A stretch of 64,000 nt of DNA from Setoptus koraiensis (taxonomy: Eukaryota; Animalia; Arthropoda). How positions within the stretch are numbered: position 1 is the stretch's first letter; every line of letters begins with the position of its first letter. Positions 23,113 to 33,056 of the stretch are shown in pieces. The position numbers were made by a program, and so were the translations under genes. Below the pieces are notes generated by a model. That model was not told where the DNA came from. It saw nothing but the letters and a program-made list of their open reading frames with translations, and ran no database searches. Where the stretch lies: the NCBI GenBank assembly GCA_048013815.1, contig CM106586.1:21452001-21516000 (forward strand), written 5' to 3'.

Positions 23113-25407
23113 TCAATAGTTTTGTTTGAGCAGCATCGGACATAGATGTCGTTTGAAGCTTCCGTGTAGAGCTCGCGCGCTACAATAAGTCACCATGTTT
23201 GCTACAATGAGTATCGCGGGAACAATAACAATATCTATTCGCTCTAGAACAGGAACAAAACTGGCCATAACAAATGTCAAAAATACAATCATTAGCGATG
23301 TTGGCCAGCATGCCAAGCAATTATCCATTCGCTTATCTAGCCTGTATATTGTTGAAACAAAATTGATTGCCATCAATGAGCTCACAAATCGCGATATTAA
23401 AATGACCAGCGAGTAAAGCCAAGCTAGCTCAATTAGGTGATTGTCTCGGCGAACAATGCTCATAAATGCAAATTGAATAGTTAGCCACAATGAGCAGCCC
23501 CTCGTGATAGACATGAGCCAATTCAATTGAAAGTATCTGTAGCTTAGATTTTTCCAACATTGCAACAATAGGGCCGCTATTTCCATGGGCCAGCCATTCA
23601 ACAGGGTGGACACATAGAGCAATTTTAGTGGATTCCATGAACAACTCATGACAATGCTGGCGTAAGCGCCCAGTGTTACGTAATCGTTGTTATTATTATC
23701 ACTATTAGCATATTGCTGTTGTTGCATCGGCGTTGTCTTCTCATCTGTGAAATTATGATTAGTTAAATTGTGCATGATGAGATAATTCATACTGACCGTT
23801 GCAAACGTCATGTTGAGCAGGCATCTAAAAGTGCCGTTCTTAAACGGTAGATAGTTGTGCTGGCTCACGGATGTTCCGCTCCTCGCTTGCTGATCTCGCT
23901 GGCGACCACGAATATTGTCCAGGGCAATAATTGAATTTGCATTTGGAGCGTATCCGGCGTGCGCTGAGTGTCCACTGGTCGAGTTTGTTTGGCCCATGGA
24001 GCAAAACTCGCAGCTTGTGATTGTCACAAACAGTTTGCCTCTCGGTCTACCGATGGAGCCCGGATCATGTTGCCTATCGGTAATGTCGTCAATACTGTTG
24101 TTGTCGTCGATATTTTGCTGTTGAAACAGCTCATAATTTGAGTTAAATGTCAGCAACAATTGGTGCGCTAACGCAACAACGGCCGCAAATATAATCAGCC
24201 AATTTAGCAGTGAGCTCAATTGCAACCACGTTTGCATCGTTCTCATGGCAACCAGGGGCCACAGCGCTATGACCAGCGCATACAAAAGGGGCACCGTCTC
24301 GGCGATGTGCCCGCCAATTGTGAGCCTGTCGGTTAAATTGTCGCCGGCAGGTCTCAGCATGAGCATTATGTGACCAGCGAGCATGGATCGGACTAGGTTG
24401 CCGGCCAGATACAACTGGTACGAATTGGTTGTTTTGTCGTGCTTGTGCCACAATTCGGTGGCCAGTGTCACCTGAGCGCAAAACAGGCCCGCCAGCAGCA
24501 CCGTGTCGGGCAGCCTGACCGCTGCAGTGTTGTCGGGCATGAGCCGGCTTGGCGCGACCGCGGCAGCCCCATAATGGGCGCCTCGATCACGCGGGTATGC
24601 CGCCGGGTTGTCGGTGTCGTCGTCGTCGCCGTCGTCCATATCCCAGTCGTCGTCGATACTGGGCGATACCGCAATTGTGTCGCTGTCGTCGATGAGCGTG
24701 TCGTCTATGACGCCGGTTGCATAATGAGCTCTGGGGCTCTCGGTCGATACCCATCTCGCCCACAGTGCGGCCAGCAGGTAGCCGAGGGCCATCGTGAAGG
24801 GCAGCAGGCAGCGCAGCCAGTGGCGCTGACACACAAGCTCAAACTGGGGCACCAGCGACAATGTTGCCGAGATTGTCTCGAATCGCCAGCCGTATCTGCA
24901 GGGTTCCAGTTGGCCCATTTCGACGAGCAGCGACGAATCGTGGTCACTGCTGTTGGTCGTTTTATTATCTCTTGTTGTTTTATTGAGTGCGCCATCGGTG
25001 GCTGTGTCATTGGCACCGCTGGTTGGCGACGATGAGCCGCTCATTTTGTATTCGAAGCAACGGCTTATGTCATCGTAATAAAATTGCATCACTCTCGCCC
25101 TGGCCACTGTGTCCAAATCGTCGGTGTTGGCCTGAACGAAATGATGCCAGTACACGTTTTTGCTGCGCTCGTCATTGTTGCTGTTTGTCGATGAATTGTG
25201 ATGATTGGTGATTGGCGATGTGATTGGCGCTGTCATTGGTTTGTCCTGGCGATCGAGAGTGAAATTTTCTGGCGGCGCACACCAATAGTCTACGGGCCAC
25301 AGCAGCAGACATAGCGAATGAAAGTTTATAAATACAATCGATATGGCCAGCAGTGTTGTCGCCTTGCACAATATATATCCGCCACTCGAGTGATTGATAA
25401 TTATCAT
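23113..25407 (-). CDS. Divergent SLC22/organic cation transporter-like MFS membrane protein, single exon, 764 aa
   Basis: N-terminal TM followed by a large glycosylated loop with the four SLC22 cysteines (DYWC, SRCFEY, EPCRYGWRFE, VPQFELVCQRHWL), then TM2 (LLPFTMALGYLLAALW) and about 10 further hydrophobic segments. The ATG is the first after an in-frame stop. Confidence 0.8.
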   Translation of the reverse strand: MIIINHSSGGYILCKATTLLAISIVFINFHSLCLLLWPVDYWCAPPENFTLDRQDKPMTAPITSPITNHHNSSTNSNNDERSKNVYWHHFVQANTDDLDTVARARVMQFYYDDISRCFEYKMSGSSSPTSGANDTATDGALNKTTRDNKTTNSSDHDSSLLVEMGQLEPCRYGWRFETISATLSLVPQFELVCQRHWLRCLLPFTMALGYLLAALWARWVSTESPRAHYATGVIDDTLIDDSDTIAVSPSIDDDWDMDDGDDDDTDNPAAYPRDRGAHYGAAAVAPSRLMPDNTAAVRLPDTVLLAGLFCAQVTLATELWHKHDKTTNSYQLYLAGNLVRSMLAGHIMLMLRPAGDNLTDRLTIGGHIAETVPLLYALVIALWPLVAMRTMQTWLQLSSLLNWLIIFAAVVALAHQLLLTFNSNYELFQQQNIDDNNSIDDITDRQHDPGSIGRPRGKLFVTITSCEFCSMGQTNSTSGHSAHAGYAPNANSIIALDNIRGRQRDQQARSGTSVSQHNYLPFKNGTFRCLLNMTFATVSMNYLIMHNLTNHNFTDEKTTPMQQQQYANSDNNNNDYVTLGAYASIVMSCSWNPLKLLYVSTLLNGWPMEIAALLLQCWKNLSYRYFQLNWLMSITRGCSLWLTIQFAFMSIVRRDNHLIELAWLYSLVILISRFVSSLMAINFVSTIYRLDKRMDNCLACWPTSLMIVFLTFVMASFVPVLERIDIVIVPAILIVANMVTYCSARALHGSFKRHLCPMLLKQNY

Positions 25408-27020
25408 TTTGGCCCAGATACGCTCGGTCAGCTCGTATCAGCCGGTGGCTCTCGTTTGTGGCCTCATTGTGTCCGCAAGCTCACACAAACACACTCATCT
25501 CGCCTTTAAATTTCTCCCTGTATATAATCAAATCGTATCGGTGTATTGAATTTCACACACACCCAGGCCGAGATTTGATTTCACACAACAGCGTCTGTCT
25601 ACTCGATCTGTCGGTGTGTCGCCAGCCAGCTCGTTAGCTCGCTGCCAGCCGTCGTCTCGGCGGCCGTCGTCTCGGCAGCGGCTTGTTGGCCGTGTCATGT
25701 CATGTCATATCGTCTGATTGGATTTTGCGCAAGTTGCAGCCACTGGCGCAAACTTGCCGTCAATGCTGCAAAATAATGAAATGGAAATGTCTTTATTTTA
25801 ATCCGGCCACTGACAGTGTGTGCGGCTGACAGTAGCAGCTTCTTTTCCACTCTGACGGGCTTCTTTTTGACAGCGACACACGGTGATACATTTGTTGGCC
25901 CAACATCGCAGTTCAACAGATCGGCGGCCAGCCGGGCACCGATCGCAGCCACCAAGTGCCATCGGCCTGCGACGACCAATATCTGGATGAATTAATCAAC
26001 GTCATGCACAATGACAACTTGCTGGCGCGGCCCTCCGCCGCTGCTTTTCGCAGCCACTCGAACCGAGTGCACCGATGCTGGCGCTGATGCGATTCGCCCG
26101 CCGCTCGAAGCCTCAGAGCGAGCGTTCCTTTTTCAAACTTGTTGCCACCAATTGCTCAACACCCAACACTGGACATGACCGGGCCGTCGAGCTGCGCGAC
26201 CATCGCATCAGCGCCACATCAATCCACGGCAGACGCAACAATCCAACATGACAGCCAAGCGCATTGGGGAGACGCGGTCAGCGTCTCGAAACAATTTTTC
26301 AACAACTCCTTGAATAGGTGTGAGAAACATGATGTTACATAACATCATTCGGTTGGCCGGCATGCCATTAGAAGGCCATTTCACACTCAATCACTGCCAC
26401 TGATTGAAGCGCTCGCTAGAATGCCTTTCAATCCGTGTGCTCTCCTTTGTGAGCGCCAACCAGCCAGCCAACCAGCCAGCCTACCAGCCAGCCAGCCAGC
26501 CTAACTTATTTAGCGGCCCATTATACAGCGCATTACATAATGCGTTTCCATTGCCCGGCACAACTGGCCAACTTGTGCCGCTTGTTGCTAAATTGTCAAT
26601 GATGTGTGGCGAAATTGAATTGATTGTCCATTTCTGCTCCTATTCCATTCATCGCGCATTCGTCTCGAGCCGAGACTGCAACTCGAAGGCCGCTCGAAAG
26701 GCGAATTCCTGGCCGCTCATTGCGCCAACAAACGGCCTGCATGATCTAATTAATGCCCGCTCATTGTGCTCGCACTGCATCGCTCCGACGGCCGAGAATC
26801 GGCGCTCGAACGCTCCGCGAACCTCGATCTTCTTCGAAGCGTTCGCAGCTTCCGCGGCGTTCGAGCCGTTCGAGCCGCTCGAGCCGGCCGAGCCATTCGA
26901 GGCGTTCGAGCCGGCCGGGCACTGTTCGCGGCCAACAGGTGCATATTTCAATGAGAGCGGAACAGGCGATTGTCGGCCGGCCGCTCGGCATTGTCCGCGC
27001 CGGCGGCTCATAATTGCACG

Positions 27021-27152
27021 ATGCCGGCCAACATGCTAATATTAGCCGGCCGCTCCATGTTGTTGCTGGCATCAGTTTTGTTGTTGTTTGCTGCCGTCGG
27101 TCCATCTTATCTGAGTGTGCAAACAGATAAAAGTTGGCAAGTTTGCCATTGA
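27021..27152 (+). CDS. Candidate signal-peptide exon, possibly the 5' exon of the Shisa-like gene
   Basis: MPANMLILAGRSMLLLASVLLLFAAVGPSYLS has a hydrophobic h-region. Phase-1 GT donors that could join 28606 exist but are weak (non-GTRAG). Confidence 0.3.
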   Translation: MPANMLILAGRSMLLLASVLLLFAAVGPSYLSVQTDKSWQVCH

Positions 27153-28605
27153 GTCGGTGTGTCTCTGTTTGGACGACGAGATCGCTGTCTCTCGGCGCAG
27201 CAGCTCGCCAGAGAATCGCGGCCAGCAAGGAAGTTCGCGAGGAATTTATTAGCAGGTATTTACAACCATTAATTAGTGGCCATGTGCGATACGTTGCAGC
27301 GTCTGCGTTCCGTTTGTGAGTCTCGTTGCTGAGTTCGAACGCTCCACTGCAAGTGTGTCCCGCTCCGAGCCGCTCCAACTCTGAGCCGATGCGCCGGCCG
27401 CATGAGCCGACCCGGGACAGGATGGCCGGCGCTTGCCGTCCCGACCGTGATTGGCGTGTCGGCGGGCCGCTGTCCCGCCTGTCGTGTAAATGTGTGCGCC
27501 GATCGGCACACCGTTAATCATTTCGCTGGCCCGATCTATTTATGTTTTGATATTCATATGTCACAGGCCTGTGTCAGGTAGGGCTCATCATTAATTATGT
27601 GTCGATGATGATGATCGGACATGATTAATTGAAGTTGGCCGCTGCAATCTGGCCGCGGTCGCAGTCATTACTGACAAGACTTTGTGAGAGCCGGGTTTGC
27701 TGTTCGAGCCGCGAGCCGCCCGGCCGCCCGGCTGTCCGGCCGCAGACAGTGACACAAATGATATTAAAAGCGACACTCTCGTGCGCCATTATCTATTATC
27801 TCTGGCTCTGGCCGTCGAGCATGCCATTCGGCCCGCAAAGCAACCGTTGGCTGCGCGGTCGCAGCGTCTCGCTGTCGAAGAACAAAAACTCTCGCCCGTT
27901 CGCGTGTTCTCCCCGATTCGAACGTCCTTCGAATTTGAATGCTTTCAAATTTCACATTTCACATTTCAAGTTTCAAATGTTTTTTGAATTTTGAATTTTG
28001 AATTGCCAGTTGGCGATTCAAATGGCGGCTGTGGCCGCACGGTGGCCACACCGCTTGACGCGCAAACAAAGCTGATGTTTGTGTGTGTGTGACAGGCGAA
28101 TCAATGGCAACGCCAACAACAAACAAATGACCAGATATGACCAGATAATACCTGTCGCAGCAGCAGCGTCGTTTGACGTTCGCCCTGGCGCCAGACGCCA
28201 GGCCAACAAGTGACACAAGACACAGATAAAAGAGCGCACACCAGCCTGTGTGTGTGTGTGTGTGATATCTGTCAGACGCGATACAAGCCAACAGGTGACC
28301 ACTGGTCACTTTTGCCTGTTCGGCTGTCGCGTCTGCGGGCCGGATTGGCGCGCCAATGCGGCCATTCTCAGCTCGGCTGAGTTTGGGCCTGTGCATGCGC
28401 AATTGGCGATTCCGCCTATTATGCAATGCAAATACATTTTGCCATTTTTCAGCATGCTCGCTTTCTCGTCTGGCGTCGTTGTCGGTCGCACATCGGTGCA
28501 TCGGCACATCGGCGCATCGGCTGACACAACGTCGGCCATCTAATCGCATCAACCTGCTAACGGCGCTGTGATTTCAATCACCGGTCACCATCACCACAAC
28601 CGTAG

Positions 28606-29639
28606 ACGCAGCCGAGGAGCGGGCGACATACGCGCCCGAGAGCGCGCTTCCGTGGGCCGCTCGGGCGCGCCACTGGACGGCCCGCGGCACCGCCGATGAT
28701 GACGGGACGCTCGGCAACGGGACAACGCGCAGCGACAACGGGACAACGCACAGCGACAGCGGGACGACGCACAGCGACAACGGGACAGACGATAACTGGC
28801 TAGACAAGAGCTGCAGTTGGGACCAGGAGCAGTGCCAGTACAGCGCGGATCCCGGCGTGCTGATGACGCACAACAGACTGTGCCAAATAAGCAAGGACAC
28901 CTACGTGCTGTGCCACCACTATTGTTGCGGCGAATTCTGGGAGTCCCATTACAAGTACTGCTGCCAGCACAATTTCCGGCCCGTCCGAAGCACCTTCTTT
29001 TTTCTGCTCAGCGCCTTCTTGGTGCTGTCGTTTTACGCCGTGTGCCATCTCGCCGTCGAGATAACTGTCAAACGGTGCGTCACTAAGCAGCTGATCGCCG
29101 CCAAGGCCGCCAGCACCGACGATGACGACTCGCACAATGCGCTCACCAACGGCCTCCACAGCAGCACCATGTCGGGCATGTCGGGCAACAGCACCACCGA
29201 CGAGGAGGTCGAGGAGGAGCGCCTGCAGACGCACATCAAGCAAATTTTGCGCAAGAACTCCGAACAGCACCACCAACAACAGCAACAACAACGGCAGCAG
29301 CAACAACAACAGCAACAACGGCAGCAGCAACAACACCAGCAACAACACCAGCAACAACAGCACCAACAACAGCAGCAGCAACAGCAGCGGCCCCGCTTGG
29401 CTCTGCCCTCGCTCGCGGCTCGCGCTTCCGGCGGGCCGTCCCCTCCGCCGGCGAGCGGTCGGGCCGGCCCAACCGCCAGACCGTCGGCCAAGCGGGCCAC
29501 GGTGACGCCGCGGGCGCCCAACGAGCGAGCCGGTTCGCCGGCGCACGTGTTGGCGGCCACCAAATCGGGCAGCTCGGCGCGCATCCTCAGCAATTTCAGG
29601 CGCTCGTCCAAGCGCAAGATGACGCGCGGCAAGCGATGA
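28606..29639 (+). CDS. Main (terminal) exon of a single-pass membrane protein with a Shisa/WBP1/VOPP1-like Cys-rich ectodomain and polyQ cytoplasmic tail; 5' exon not resolved
   Basis: The frame is open from 28572 to TGA at 29639 with no ATG until 28863. Candidate acceptor CCGTAG|AC at 28605/28606, with a CTAAC branch-like motif ~45 nt upstream. It encodes NGT/SGT glycosylation-type repeats, CSWDQEQC..LCQISKDTYVLCHHYCCGEFWESHYKYCC, a TM (TFFFLLSAFLVLSFYAVCHLAV), an acidic patch, polyQ and a basic C-terminus. ATTAAA at 29697-29702. Confidence 0.72.
29265..29390 (+). repeat. CAA/CAG polyglutamine-coding repeat inside the Shisa-like CDS
   Basis: Encodes EQHHQQQQQQRQQQQ...QQQQQQQQR. Confidence 0.92.
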
Positions 29640-32109
29640 AGTCAGTGGGGCCAGATCGCCACCAGCGGTCAACCGGAAAATGATCGATTCAATTCAATTA
29701 AAGCAAGCCGCTCGCGGGGCGCATTGAGTCGCACGAGTTGTCGCAGTCGCGATATGCGATGAAAATCTCAATCAACGACCATCTCGAGCAAACGATGATC
29801 TCGAGCACGCGGTTCGGCGTTGTCGCCCCCGCGATACGTATCCACATATCGATATTCATATATGTGCTCAGTATTCATATGCAGTTTGTCTGTGTGTCTC
29901 CCATCGTGTTCCGTGGCCGGCCCGCAGTCGGCGCTAACGGCTCCGTCCTGCGGCGCTTGCGCCGCTGCTCGGTCGGCCTAATCCGCCAACTGACAATTTA
30001 AGCCGGCTAGTTTGGCATTGTGTATCATTGTTGTCGTTGTTGTTTTTGTTGTTGTCTTTGCTGTTGTTGTTGTTTTGAAAGGGCACGTCAGATTAGCAAC
30101 AAGTCAGTCGCATCTAATGATAGTCGTGTTGCCCGAGCGCGCATCTGCCCGCGACTCGCGCCGGCCGAGCCGGCCAAATTCGCCGAATTGGCCCGACTGG
30201 CCCGACTGGCCGTCGTATGGTCGGCAGCGGCCGGCGCTCATGCATGGGACAGGCGCATCCAGTGGACGCTGCAAATAGTATCCGCTGTTTAGCGGATAAC
30301 GGACAGAGCCTAATGGCACTAATGGCAACAATAATAGCTATAACGAGCGTAATAACGAGCGCAATAATGAGAACAGCAACAGCGCAACAATTAATGCGCC
30401 CTCCTCCTCGTGATGAGATATCGCTCATCAAGTCGGCAATATCTGGCTGGCATTATTCACAATTATTCACAATTGCGTGCCCCCCTCACAACGTGGCCGC
30501 GGCATTTGCAACAATGTAACTGTGCCGTCTGTCACGGGCCGGCCGGCCCGCGTGATGGCGAGCTGCTGTTTGCTCAGGCTCGCCATCACGCCAAATGGTT
30601 GCGACAGCAATTATTAGGCGACACACATAGTGATCGCTATGCTGCCATCGCATCGTTGGATATGTCGGCGAGACTAGCTGCAAATTGTAATGTCGTCGTC
30701 GTTATGTCACACAATCGCCAGAGTCAACAACAATTGCTGCCATTATCGCTCATCGTGCGAGTGGCTCGACGCGATAATTACCATTGTGTTCGTTTGTTTG
30801 TTTGTTGTTTGTATACAAAGGCACTTTTAATTGAATAGCGCCGTTTCGTTGTGTTCCAATGAATTGTGAATTGTGTGTCATAACATTATCGTAGACAACA
30901 ACAATTGCGGGCAAACACACACGAGAGAGATAAATATCACGTTGACGTTGACGAGCTGGCCGTGACACTTGTCAGCTTGTTTGTCATTCGCACACAATTA
31001 TACAACGTTTAAACGTTCATACATTTCGCGCATTCGGCAAACATTCAAATCGATGTGTCTATCATCGTCGTATGTGTCTATCATCATCGTATGTGTCTAT
31101 TATCAGTGGCATAATAGCAGCGCTATTTGGCGTGTCTGCACGGATCCATCCGGCAATTCGATGCGACAATGCAACAGACAGAGTGACAGCGGCCAAATGT
31201 CAGCACCTAAAGCGACGAGCGGATCGAGAGCGAGCACCGGAAGTGATCCAACTGTTGGAGTGGGCCGGCCGGCCAACGCACAACGCAAACACCGCCCGCG
31301 ACACCGACACCGACACCGACGACGACACCGACACCGACACCGACAGCCTGTTGTGCTCTACATGTTGTGCTCGGCATGTAGCGCTCGGTTTGTGACAGTT
31401 ATCAGCGCCATCTCACTCTCATTATCTGTTTGTAGCTGTGCAGCTGACGCAGCGAACGCGCTGGCGAGTCGGACAGCCGCAAATTGTCGCAACGCCGCCA
31501 ATTGTGTACTACATTATGCCTGCCGGGCGTGTATTATGTCATACGTTTGTGTTTGTACTCACGTCAGTTTATCCGCACACTGACACAGACGAACTGATGC
31601 GCGGATTCGCAGCCAAATGCACAGCGCAAATGCATCACTGATGCAGTGTCAGACGCGACAGCTGCCGTTTGCGCTGCCTGGCGGCCGCGCGGCGACACAT
31701 CCGACGGTGCGCCCGGCGACGATGCGCCCGAGCGTCGGGACGGCGACCCGTCCAGACGATGCCCGCAGCGCCGATGAGCGCACTTGCGACTGACCGGTGC
31801 GGCCGGCGCGCGACGGTCAGTTGCAAGCAGCGATCCCGTCGGCGGCGAGCAGCCGATCGCGGGCGCGAGCAGCGACAGTCGCTCGCAATCACGCGGTTTG
31901 CCGCTCGCCGCTGACGGGATCGCAGCGCCGGATCGCAGCGCCGGATCGCAGCGCCAGATCGCAACTGGCAGCGAGTCAGACGCGACCAGTCGTCGTCAAA
32001 TTGCGACTTGTCGGCCCGACATGAGCGACACCTTTGACAGACAGCTCAACTCTCGCCTTTGGAGGCGCCCCCGGAGCCCGAATCAAGCAAGGAAACTGGC
32101 CGCCATCCT

Positions 32110-32890
32110 TGCAGCCCAAAGCCGCCGCCAGCCTCAAGACTCATCGGTCCAGACGGGACAGAAGCGAGATCAAGTGCGCTCAAAAAGGTACCAGTTATCA
32201 CGGAATTTGGTTTTGAATTTCTCCCGGCGCATTGATGTCACAACTGGGCCAACTCTTCGCTCGTTACCATAAGAAAGAATTGTCTGGATTATTGAGAAAA
32301 ATTAAATTTTGCTGTTCCGGCAATCGCTGGCTCAGGCCTGTCCAGGAGATGTGCAGAGAGCTCAATTGGCACGTATCTCTCGAGTCGGATAGGACTTTGG
32401 CCCAATGCTCGGTACGGCACAACATTGAGACCGTGCAATTCTACACAACGTCGTCATATGCACACCAGCAACACGGTTGAGCAAATTGAGGGCATATCAT
32501 TCAATTTCCTGGACCACGTTGTTGGTGTGAATATGACGAATTGTTGCAGAATTGTGTGGTCTAGATGTTGTGAGGTACCAAGGATTGGGCCGTCTGTTGA
32601 GAGTGAAATTTGGCACGAGGGATACATGACAATGGAGATCCTCTGCACGTCTCCTGTGTAGGTTTAAGCCAGCCGATTGTCTGATGGGCAGAATTTAATT
32701 TTTCTATATGATCCAGATAGTTTTTTCTTATTGTTGCGGCCGAAGAGTTGGCCCATTTGGGACATCAATGCGCCGACAAAACCCAAACCAACCCGCCCGA
32801 TATACGGTGCCATTTTATGCGCGCTTGATCTTGCTTCTTTCTCATCTGTACTGATGAGTTGCGGCCATGTCGATGGCTCGGCGCTGCGAA
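32110..32890 (+). ncRNA. Long imperfect inverted repeat (fold-back); candidate hairpin RNA
   Basis: Left arm ~32110-32489 is the reverse complement of right arm ~32501-32890, with an ~11-nt loop (GGGCATATCAT). Shared blocks include GGCGCATTGATGTC, TGGGCCAACTCTTCG, AGAAAAATTAAATT, GGCCCAAT, TCGTCATAT. Roughly 70-75% identity by eye. Confidence 0.6.
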
Positions 32891-32941
32891 ACTCAAAAAC
32901 ACCCATGATGCAATATAACTTTATGCCTATCAATAAATTGT

Positions 32942-33056
32942 AAATATGCCGTGAATACGCCGTGAATATGCCGTGAATACGCCGTGAATCTGCCGTGAAT
33001 CTGCCGTGAATGCGTCGTGAATGCGCCGTGAATGCGCCGTGAATATGCCGCGAATG
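32942..33056. repeat. 11-bp minisatellite (GAATATGCCGT)n, ~10 copies, next to the fold-back
   Basis: Read directly from the sequence. Confidence 0.92.

Noticed and set aside
28800-29672. 290-aa poly-Leu ORF on the - strand
   Set aside because: Antisense shadow of the polyQ CDS.
32477-32497. TTGAGCAAA resembling the miR-87 5' end
   Set aside because: The match stops after 9 nt and sits at the hairpin loop.
32232-32943. Integrase- or Tc1-like snippets in the fold-back arms (TTSSYAHQQHG, WPQLISTDEK, WPIWDINAP)
   Set aside because: Motif spacing does not fit a DDE/rve core and the frames are broken; too weak to call a mobile element without an HMM search.
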